A stretch of 64,000 nucleotides of DNA from Thermoguttaceae bacterium (GTDB lineage: Bacteria > Planctomycetota > Planctomycetia > Pirellulales > Thermoguttaceae). Made by a program: the position numbers and the translations under genes. How positions within the stretch are numbered: the stretch's first letter is position 1; each line of letters starts with the position of its first letter. The stretch is taken from the NCBI GenBank assembly GCA_045599865.1, contig JAZRWW010000024.1, forward strand, positions 17,212-81,211, written 5' to 3'. This document shows positions 9,653 to 17,542 of this stretch, in pieces. The notes beneath the pieces were generated by a model. The model was not told the DNA's origin. It searched no databases and saw nothing but the letters and a program-made list of their open reading frames with translations.

Positions 9653-10510
9653 ATGGCTAATAAAAAAGCGTTGGAAAAGACGACGGGTTCTTTGTTTGAG
9701 ACGTGGACTCCAAACGAATCGTCGAAACTTGACGAGACTGGGCAAATTGCTGAAATCGTGTCGAAGCGTATGTCTGGAGTCGCGGTCGCCGCGTTTGCCG
9801 TTTCGATTTTAGCCCTGACTTCTTTCGTTCACGTCGGTTTTGTTTGCATCGCCGTTTTGGCGATTCTGCTTGCGCTTGCCGCCGTTATGGCGATCGCGTC
9901 GTCTGGCGGAGAGTTGGCCGGAAAGAAAATTGCACGTTTGGCCTTGGTCTTAGGAATTGCGTGCGTGATCGGCGGTCCTTACAAGAATTACGTGTATCGC
10001 GCCGATTTCGAACGTCAAGCCGATCAGTTTTTTAGCTACTGGATCGACGCGGCGTTAAAAGGCGATATTACCGAACTTTCGACCCTTGGAAGTCCTTATT
10101 GGAGTCGTCCGCCTATCACTGGAGAAAAAGACAAGGTTAGTTATTGGATTCGCTTGAAGGGCGTCGACGACGAAGAACCGCATCACCGTATGCATTCGCT
10201 GATGGCTAATACGGTTTTGTTGACGTTAAGTAAGTTGGGCGAACAAGGAGGCGTTAAGTCGTCCTTTTATAAAACGTCTAAAACGGTTCTTACCGGCGGT
10301 ACGGAGGAAACGAGTCGAATATACGCCTTTACGACTATTCCGAAGGACGAACACGATAAGAAACAAACGTTTTTTGTCACTTTAGCCGCGCGAAGAAATT
10401 ATTCGAAGACCCCGGAAGGAGAAAAGCGAGTCGGTTGGTCGGTTCTCACGTCGGAATGGGACGTAATGAAGCTCAATCCCGACGGGACTCCTTTGGAAAA
10501 CGGCGATTGA
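9653..10510 (+). CDS. Hypothetical membrane protein, DUF4190-like double-TM N-terminus plus unknown C-terminal domain
   Basis: The start is set at ATG 9653 (MANKKALEK) because the longer ORF overlaps the previous gene. The TM pair 'GVAVAAFAVSILAL...IAVLAILLALAAVMAIASSGGELAGKKIARLALVLGIACVIGG' resembles DUF4190. Confidence 0.45.
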   Translation: MANKKALEKTTGSLFETWTPNESSKLDETGQIAEIVSKRMSGVAVAAFAVSILALTSFVHVGFVCIAVLAILLALAAVMAIASSGGELAGKKIARLALVLGIACVIGGPYKNYVYRADFERQADQFFSYWIDAALKGDITELSTLGSPYWSRPPITGEKDKVSYWIRLKGVDDEEPHHRMHSLMANTVLLTLSKLGEQGGVKSSFYKTSKTVLTGGTEETSRIYAFTTIPKDEHDKKQTFFVTLAARRNYSKTPEGEKRVGWSVLTSEWDVMKLNPDGTPLENGD

Positions 10511-10605
10511 GTCGTCGGAACGCGTTGAATTACGCGCGTCTCGACGACGAGCGTTGAGACGCGCGCGCGGCGGCGGTTTGCGACGAGCGGCTAGGATCGA
10601 GCGTA

Positions 10606-12948
10606 ATGTTTAATTATCGCGACGTACTTGATTCTGAAGGAATAATCGCGCGACGACGTCCTTCGTATGAACGTCGCGAAGCGCAGTTGATTATGGCGTC
10701 GGAAGTTGACGCCGCGATTCGCGAGCGTCGTTCTCTTGCGATCGAGGCGGGAACCGGCGTCGGTAAGAGTTTTGCGTATCTTGTTCCGGCTATTCTATAC
10801 GCCGTTGAGGATCAAGTTCGAGCTTTTCAGTCGGAAGACGAAGGAGAGAACGAGTTAGTTTCTTGCAACGAGAACGGCTCTTGTTTGCAAACGGATTCTC
10901 GCGTTTTCGAGACGGAGCCTCGATCAAACGACTTTGACGTCAATAAGTCGCGACGCCCCGAGGCGTTGGGCGCACGTGAAACGGGCGATTTGTTGTTTGG
11001 CGACGAGGAACAAATTGACGACGTGCGAAGAGTCGTAGTTTCGACTCATACGATTAGTCTTCAGGAACAACTTTTCGAAAAGGACGTTCCTTTCTTAAAT
11101 TCTATTTTGCCTTTCGAATTTACCGTCGCGCTTGCCAAAGGACGTTCGAATTATCTGTGTCTTCGTCGATTTGGCAATGCAATGCGACGCGGTAAAGACG
11201 GTTTTCTTTTTGAAACGAGCGAGTCCCGCGAGTTTGCGCGGTTGAAAGAATGGAAGGAAAAAACTGCAGAAGGTTCGAAATCGGAGTTGGTTCCTATTCC
11301 AAACGCCGAAATTTGGAACGAAATATGTTGTGAAAGCGACAATTGTTTGGGACGAGCCTGCAAATATCGTAACGACTGTTTCTATTATCGCGCGCGTCAA
11401 CGTCTAAAAAACGCGCAAATTGTCATTGTCAATCACGCGCTTTTATTCACCGATTTGGCGGTTCGAGGCGAGGGCGGTTCAATTTTGCCCAATTACGACG
11501 TCGTGATTTTTGACGAAGCTCATACGATGGAACAAGTCGCTGCGGAACATATTGGGATCGAATTAACTCAATATGCGGTCGATTATCTCTTAACTCGATT
11601 GTATAACGACCGAACTAACAAAGGTTTTTTGGTTGAAGAATCCGAAAGAGCCTGCTGGGGCGTCGAGAGGGAGACGGTCGTCGAGGCGACTAAATTAGTC
11701 GACGATTGTCGAATACGCGCGGAAACTTTTTTTGACGAGTTGAACAGATGGCTTGAAGCGCGCCCCGGTTCTAACGGACGAGTTTTTGAAAAAAATATCG
11801 TTCGAAACGGTTTAGGCGAAGGATTAGATTCGTTAAAGAAGGCGTTGCGACGCGTCGCCGATCTGATCGAGGATAAAGACCGGCTAGCCGAATATAAAGC
11901 GGCTTGCGAACGCGTCGATAGGGTCGCTTGCTTGATTAAGGGATGGCTGGAACAAATTGACGACGGACTTGTGTATTGGCTTGAACGCGCCAAATCGCGA
12001 GATCGCGTCAATATTATTATGCGCGCCGCGCCCGTCGACGTCGCCGCGTTTTTACGTGCTCGACTTTTTAATCTTGTTCCGACCGTTATTGCGACAAGCG
12101 CGACGCTGACGACCGTCGGACGAAGGACGGGAAAAAGTCGCGCTAGGACGCTTTGTCAGATCAACAATTCGACCGAGGATAAGGAAGAGGGCGACGGCGC
12201 GGAAAAAGAAACGGAAGAAACGCGCCTTGCGTTCAAGTTCTTTCGAGAACGCGTTGGAATGACCGGCGTTCGCGCGCGCGCGTTGGGAAGTCCTTTTGAT
12301 TACCGAAAGCAAATGACGCTGGTTTTAGCCAAGGGACTAGAATTAAGTCTTTTGGAGGCGTCGCGCAAGGGAATTGACGAATCGGAACTAGGCGCTTTGA
12401 ACGAACGCAGACTTTGGAGCGCGTTGGAAGAATACGTCGAGGAAACGGACGGAGGGGCGTTTGTGCTTTTTACGAACGTTTCTCAAATGCGACGCGCTAC
12501 AGACGCCTTTACGTCGACCTTGGCAAAAAAGAATTATCCTTTTTTTTCACAGTCGGACGGAACGCCGCGAAGCGTTATGGTGCAACGTTTTAAAGAAAGC
12601 GAACGAAGCGTTCTATTTGGCGTCGATAGTTTCTGGCAGGGCGTCGACGTGCCGGGCGCGACGTTGCGTAACGTGATTATTGTGAAATTCCCATTTCTTG
12701 CGCCCGATCAGCCGCTCGTTGAAGCGCGTATCGAGGCGATTAAGGAACGAGGCGGGAACCCTTTTAGGGACTACCAACTTCCTATGGCTATTTTGAAGTT
12801 CAAACAGGGCGTCGGAAGATTGATTCGAACGAAAAGCGACGTCGGGCAAGTCGTCGTATTAGACGAGCGCGTCCATACGAAATCTTACGGACGCGATTTT
12901 TTATACGCTTTACCCGACTGTAAACTACGAGTCGACGTCTTTAAATGA
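10606..12948 (+). CDS. dinG: DinG/XPD(Rad3)-family ATP-dependent DNA helicase with Fe-S cluster domain
   Basis: Walker A 'EAGTGVGKSFAYLVPA' and a DEAH box 'VIFDEAHTMEQ'. A Cys cluster 'LCLRRF...CCESDNCLGRACKYRNDCFYY' is present. C-terminal motifs 'SATL', 'VLFGVDSFWQGVDVPG' and 'FKQGVGRLIRT' are also present. Confidence 0.8.
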   Translation: MFNYRDVLDSEGIIARRRPSYERREAQLIMASEVDAAIRERRSLAIEAGTGVGKSFAYLVPAILYAVEDQVRAFQSEDEGENELVSCNENGSCLQTDSRVFETEPRSNDFDVNKSRRPEALGARETGDLLFGDEEQIDDVRRVVVSTHTISLQEQLFEKDVPFLNSILPFEFTVALAKGRSNYLCLRRFGNAMRRGKDGFLFETSESREFARLKEWKEKTAEGSKSELVPIPNAEIWNEICCESDNCLGRACKYRNDCFYYRARQRLKNAQIVIVNHALLFTDLAVRGEGGSILPNYDVVIFDEAHTMEQVAAEHIGIELTQYAVDYLLTRLYNDRTNKGFLVEESERACWGVERETVVEATKLVDDCRIRAETFFDELNRWLEARPGSNGRVFEKNIVRNGLGEGLDSLKKALRRVADLIEDKDRLAEYKAACERVDRVACLIKGWLEQIDDGLVYWLERAKSRDRVNIIMRAAPVDVAAFLRARLFNLVPTVIATSATLTTVGRRTGKSRARTLCQINNSTEDKEEGDGAEKETEETRLAFKFFRERVGMTGVRARALGSPFDYRKQMTLVLAKGLELSLLEASRKGIDESELGALNERRLWSALEEYVEETDGGAFVLFTNVSQMRRATDAFTSTLAKKNYPFFSQSDGTPRSVMVQRFKESERSVLFGVDSFWQGVDVPGATLRNVIIVKFPFLAPDQPLVEARIEAIKERGGNPFRDYQLPMAILKFKQGVGRLIRTKSDVGQVVVLDERVHTKSYGRDFLYALPDCKLRVDVFK

Positions 12949-12981
12949 CGCCGCGTAATACGATAGATTGCGTTGAATACG

Positions 12982-14496
12982 ATGAATTTTTATATTGAAA
13001 CCGTCGGTTGTCAGATGAACGCGTTGGATTCCGAACTTGCATCGGCGGAACTGATTTTAGCGGGTTGGAAAAGAACTGAGACGCGAAAAGACGCAAGTTT
13101 AATTTTATTCAACACGTGTAGCGTTCGCGAACATGCGGAAGAAAAAATATATAGCGCGTTGGGAAGACTGAAACATTGGAAGACGCAAAAGCCCGACGCT
13201 TTAATCGCCGTGATGGGCTGTATGGCGCAAAAAGATCAAACGACGATTTTTAAACGCGCCCCTCAGGTCGACGTCGTAGTTGGACCGGGGCAAATCGATC
13301 GATTAGTCGCGCTTGTTTCAAACGCCGCCGCGACGAGGATTCAACAAATAGCGGTCGGCGTGGATCGATTCGGGAATAAAAACAATCCGATCGCCGCGCG
13401 CGATTCTTTTCGACAATACGACCCCAAACGCCTGCCTTCCGTTCGACCGCGCGTCTTTCAGGCAATGGTTCGCATAATGTTCGGTTGCAATAAATTCTGC
13501 TCGTATTGCGTCGTTCCAAGCGTCCGCGGACCGGAACAGTCGCGACCGCCCAAGGACGTTTTGAACGAGATTCGCGCCCTTGCCGATCAAGGATGCGTAG
13601 AGGTCGTGCTTTTGGGACAAACGGTCAATAGTTATCGTTACGTTGAAGGCGAAAATACGACTCGACTTGCCGATCTGCTTGTAGAAATAGATAAAATACA
13701 AGGAATTCGTCGCGTTCGATTTGTTAGTTCTTATCCGACCGATATGACGGACGATTTACTTCAAGCGGTTCGCGATTTGCCTACTTCGACGCCTTTTTTA
13801 CACGTGCCCGCGCAACACGGGGCGAACGACGTCTTGAAGCGTATGCGCCGACGGTATTCCGTTGAAGAATACAAAGAAATGGTCGACAAAATCTATGCGA
13901 CTATACCGGGCGCCGCTATAACGAGCGATTTCATCGTCGGCTTTTGCGGAGAGACGGAAGAGGAATTTCAAAAGACCGTCGAGCTGGCGCGTTATTCGCG
14001 ATTTAAAAACAGCTTTATTTTTAAATATTCCGAACGACCGGGCAACGAGGCCGCGTTGAAGTTTAGGGACGACGTGCCCGAGGAAGTCAAAAAAAGGCGA
14101 AACAACGAATTACTCGCCGTTCAAAACGAGATTAGTTTGGCGTGGAATAAGTCCTTTTTGGGAAAAACTGTCGAGATTCTTGTGGAAGGTCCTAGTAAAC
14201 GCGAGGCAAAGAACGCAAACGCCGACGAAGGATTGTATGCGGAAGAAGCGCCGCGTGAAGCGACCGTCGATACGACGGGCGCCGTTGCGCCTATTCCAGA
14301 ACGCAGATCGAATCTCGTTTCTACCGACGACCTATTGGCTTCCGTTCGGAAGCCGTCAAGCGACTTTGTTCAGTTGACGGGACGTACTGTTTGCGATAGA
14401 ATCGTCGTTTTTGACGGTCCGACTTCTCTAATCGGAACCTTCCAACGGGTCAAGATAACCGACGTCGCGCCCTTTACTTTAATTGGAGAAATTTAA
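12982..14496 (+). CDS. miaB: tRNA-2-methylthio-N6-dimethylallyladenosine synthase MiaB (radical SAM methylthiotransferase)
   Basis: UPF0004 N-domain 'FYIETVGCQMNALDSE...NTCSVREHAE...GCMAQ', radical-SAM motif 'GCNKFCSYCVVP' and a C-terminal TRAM-like region. An alternative TTG start lies at 12973. Confidence 0.85.
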   Translation: MNFYIETVGCQMNALDSELASAELILAGWKRTETRKDASLILFNTCSVREHAEEKIYSALGRLKHWKTQKPDALIAVMGCMAQKDQTTIFKRAPQVDVVVGPGQIDRLVALVSNAAATRIQQIAVGVDRFGNKNNPIAARDSFRQYDPKRLPSVRPRVFQAMVRIMFGCNKFCSYCVVPSVRGPEQSRPPKDVLNEIRALADQGCVEVVLLGQTVNSYRYVEGENTTRLADLLVEIDKIQGIRRVRFVSSYPTDMTDDLLQAVRDLPTSTPFLHVPAQHGANDVLKRMRRRYSVEEYKEMVDKIYATIPGAAITSDFIVGFCGETEEEFQKTVELARYSRFKNSFIFKYSERPGNEAALKFRDDVPEEVKKRRNNELLAVQNEISLAWNKSFLGKTVEILVEGPSKREAKNANADEGLYAEEAPREATVDTTGAVAPIPERRSNLVSTDDLLASVRKPSSDFVQLTGRTVCDRIVVFDGPTSLIGTFQRVKITDVAPFTLIGEI

Positions 14497-14507
14497 ATCG
14501 AATAAAC

Positions 14508-14919
14508 AACGTTAGTAATCGTTCACGCAATTTGCTGATCAAGGTTTGCGTTCGAACCGACGGCGCTAGCCGTCGCGCGATAAGCCGCCCGTCGCGACGG
14601 GCGGATCGACCCCGCCGAAAACCCGTCCGTTATCAAAGCGAAATTATCCGACAAACCCAAAAACTCCCGTTTACGGAGAACCGAGTTTGTCGGAAGAATT
14701 AGCGTTTGAAGGTTCTGCGAAAAAAATACGAACTTTCAAACGACGCGTCGACTGTAAAAAACAAAAAATCGTTTGCGCAACGTCAAACGAACCGCCGATC
14801 CGCCCGTCGTTGACGGGCGGATCTTGTCGCGCGCCGCTTGCGCGGCGATTCCTACGCGACGGTTATTACGAAATTAACGCGTCGCTTTGTATAACTTTCC
14901 GTGAACGCTTACCAACGTT
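14508..14919. repeat. Palindromic hairpin-rich intergenic element (imperfect inverted duplication; MITE-like or structured RNA)
   Basis: The termini AACGTTAGTAATCGTTCAC (14508-14526) and GTGAACGCTTACCAACGTT (14901-14919) are 17/19 inverted repeats. The arms carry mirrored GC hairpins: GCCGCCCGTCGCGACGGGCGG at ~14584-14604, versus GATCCGCCCGTCGTTGACGGGCGGATC at 14797-14823. There is a second hairpin in each arm. A central long hairpin is CCGACAAAC...GTTTGTCGG at 14648-14694. Confidence 0.6.
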
Positions 14920-15041
14920 AGATTTACTTGTACTGCAAACGTTAGGAAACGTCGACGCGAAGAACGTCGACGTTTATTTTTGGACGTTTATTTCAAGAGC
15001 GCGAGAAGCAAAGAACGCAAGAAACAAAAAACGCAAGAAAC

Positions 15042-15074
15042 AAAAAAAAACCGAGAAGTCCTAAGACTTCCCGG
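15042..15074 (-). terminator. Intrinsic terminator downstream of tRNA-Ile (bidirectional shape)
   Basis: Hairpin CCGAGAAGTC-ctaa-GACTTCCCGG (one mismatch). It is flanked by A9 on the plus strand, which reads T9 after the hairpin on the minus strand, and by TTTT on the other side. Confidence 0.6.
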
Positions 15075-15097
15075 TTTTCCCAAGGAAACAAACTCAG

Positions 15098-15172
15098 TGG
15101 GCGCACATGGATTCGAACCATGGACCTCGTCCTTATCAGGGACGCGCTCTAACCAAACTGAGCTACGCGCCC
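15098..15172 (-). tRNA. tRNA-Ile (anticodon GAU)
   Basis: The reverse complement GGGCGCGTAGCTCAGTTTGGTTAGAGCGCGTCCCTGATAAGGACGAGGTCCATGGTTCGAATCCATGTGCGCCCA folds into a complete cloverleaf. The acceptor is 7 bp with one G-U pair. The anticodon loop is CTGATAA and the T loop is TTCGAAT. No CCA is encoded. Confidence 0.93.
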
Positions 15173-15303
15173 GTCGCTTGCCGCTTAACCCAAACGACAG
15201 GAGTATTATAGTCGCGTTCTACTTTAGCGCAAGGGGCGCGCAAAAATTTTCTTCATTTTTTTGCGCGCCACTTTGATCAACTTCTAAGAGAGTTGTTTAA
15301 CAA

Positions 15304-16665
15304 TTATTTCCACGCTTCAAGATAACGCGCGAGCTGATGCATATCGCTGCCGATTTTAATCGGACGCGGATAAGCGCGCAGTTTGCTCATATTGATGAGT
15401 TCTTCAAAAGCGGGGAAAGAAAGACCCATAGGATCGGAGCCGCTGTTGACGGAAATCATCACGCCGTTCAGACCTTTTTCACACAAAGCGCGGTAACAAC
15501 CGACGCCAATTTGACTACCGACGCAGACGTCGTAAGCGGTCGGTTGGTTGCAACGTACTTCGTAGCCAAATTGAAGACCGTTGAATTTTTGGCTCTTGCC
15601 CGTGCGGCGTTTGTATTCTTCCGCCATCAGACGACCAAGACGAGAAGAATACTTCAGTTGCGAAACGGGGAAGTGCCCGAAAGTATCCGGCTTAAGCGAG
15701 ACGTATTCGTCGTGCGAAACGCATTTTTCAATTTCGGATTGGGGAAGGAATTCCGCGACGCCTTCGGAAATGACGGCGACGAAACCCTTTTGACCCTCTT
15801 TTTGACGCGCCATAAAGACGTCGACCAAGTGATTGACGACGTGCGACATATCGACGATAGCGCGCATTACGGGCTTGCCCTCGGCGTCGAGAACTTCTTT
15901 GCCCGTCTCGGGATCGAGCGTGACTTCGGTCGTTTTCCAACTTTCTTCAATATCTTCAAGACCGACCACCGCGCTGGCTTCGCCCGCGATCGCAGCTCCG
16001 TAAGCAAGCCAAGCGGCCGCGCGTCCCATAAGCTGACAAACGAAACCCGCGCCGGCCGCCGCGCTGTCGGAAAGAAGATTGCGAATTTCTTTCGCAAGCA
16101 TCTCGACGGCGCTGAAGTAACCGAACGTGAAGGGAATGCCTTCGTAATCGTTGTCGATCGTTTTCGGAAGGTGGACGACCTTGATGCGCTTGGCGCCCGC
16201 CGGCTTGCGATCCATATACAACTTGAATTTCGCGGCGGTCGTCAGCGTGTCGTCGCCCCCGATAGAGACGAGCGCGTCGATTCCGAGCGAACAAAGCGCC
16301 TTGTAAACCGTTTCCATCGGAGCCGTCTTTTCGGGATTGTCGAGGTCTTCGGGCGTCTTGAGCGCTTTGCCCGGATTAGCGCGAGCGGTGCCGATAACGA
16401 TGCCTTGACGCGTGCGCAGACCGTCGGCGACCGTCTTGTCAAGACGAACGTAGGCTTCGCCTTCTTGGAGAACGTCGCCGTCTTTATAGTCGACGAGGTG
16501 CGAATAACCGTTCAGCATCCCGTAAACTTCGACGCCCGCGCGTTTGAAACAGAGCGCCGCGCCGCCGATGACCGCGTTGGCTGCGGGAGCGGGACCGCCG
16601 GAGAATAAGATCGCGACTTTTTTGACGTCGGAGTTGAGTCGCGCTGGACTGGATAAAGACGACAT
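15304..16665 (-). CDS. pfp: Pyrophosphate-dependent 6-phosphofructokinase (PPi-PFK)
   Basis: PFK family motifs: 'VAILFSGGPAPAANAVI', 'IGGDDTLTTA', 'LPKTIDNDY', 'MGRAAAWLAY'. GGDD rather than GGDG at the phosphoryl-donor site is the PPi-type signature. ATG 16665 has GAAAGG 7 nt upstream; the longer ORF starts at TTG 16689. Confidence 0.8.
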   Translation of the reverse strand: MSSLSSPARLNSDVKKVAILFSGGPAPAANAVIGGAALCFKRAGVEVYGMLNGYSHLVDYKDGDVLQEGEAYVRLDKTVADGLRTRQGIVIGTARANPGKALKTPEDLDNPEKTAPMETVYKALCSLGIDALVSIGGDDTLTTAAKFKLYMDRKPAGAKRIKVVHLPKTIDNDYEGIPFTFGYFSAVEMLAKEIRNLLSDSAAAGAGFVCQLMGRAAAWLAYGAAIAGEASAVVGLEDIEESWKTTEVTLDPETGKEVLDAEGKPVMRAIVDMSHVVNHLVDVFMARQKEGQKGFVAVISEGVAEFLPQSEIEKCVSHDEYVSLKPDTFGHFPVSQLKYSSRLGRLMAEEYKRRTGKSQKFNGLQFGYEVRCNQPTAYDVCVGSQIGVGCYRALCEKGLNGVMISVNSGSDPMGLSFPAFEELINMSKLRAYPRPIKIGSDMHQLARYLEAWK

Positions 16666-17542
16666 ATCAAACCTTTCTTGTGAAAGCAAACACGTAATTC
16701 GACCGACGCGAAACTTACGTCGACGCGATTTATTTTATAAGCGGCGCCGACTTGAATTCTCGCATCGACGCTACTCTATTCATTCTATTATAATTGGAAA
16801 AAATTTCAATCGGGCGGGAAAAATATGACGAGCTTTTCGACAAGAAATAGAACAAAGAACGCGCGCGTTATTGACGTTTTGTTGAAATTTGACGACGTTG
16901 TAGTACTTGTTAGGAACAAAAAAAAGGTTGAAGCGTCAAAACGATAGGGAGCCGTTTGATTGGAGAGTCAAAGGCTAAAAAACCGATATGAACCCGTTTT
17001 AAAGAATCTATTGCGCCTAGTTAATAGATTGCTTATTTAACGATTTTTGTTTGATTGGAAAAATTGGCATATCCTTGTCAACTATCAAACGAAACGCATA
17101 GGACGATAAAAATTTTTTATTTTTTTATGGTATTTTTTTGTTTCTTGCGTTAAACTAGTTGAAAATACGTCTCAATAGGCGAAGAACGCTCGCTAGGCGT
17201 CGCGCTCGCGTTTTATCGGTTTTAGGTCGAGAAACGCGGGACGAGGCGGCGAGCGATGACGCCTTGCCGTTTCGACGTTGATCGCGTCGAAACGGGACGC
17301 CGCGGAACGCGTCTTTTTCCCTTTGATTAAGAAACGCGCAGCGCGGGTCGGGATTTGACGACTTGCGCGGGGCGTCGCGCTTTTTCGGTCGGTAGTTTTG
17401 GCAAAATTAGACGGTAGGTCGATCTGTTCGGCAAAAGAGAAAATAGACTCGCGGCGGCGTCGGTCGCGTCGCTAGCGTTTGCGAACTAGGAGAAGGATCC
17501 GCTCCAAATTTCGCGCCGCGCACGGTTATTATATACGAAGGA

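Noticed and set aside
14687-15276. ORFs 14687..15064 and 14980..15276 (plus strand)
   Set aside because: They run through the palindromic element, the A-rich terminator region and the tRNA-Ile gene. The 'GFEPWTSSL' peptide is the usual artefact of translating a tRNA.
15337-16608. 423-aa plus-strand ORF
   Set aside because: It is antisense to the PPi-PFK gene, which has clear family motifs. The ORF has low-complexity Arg/Val composition.
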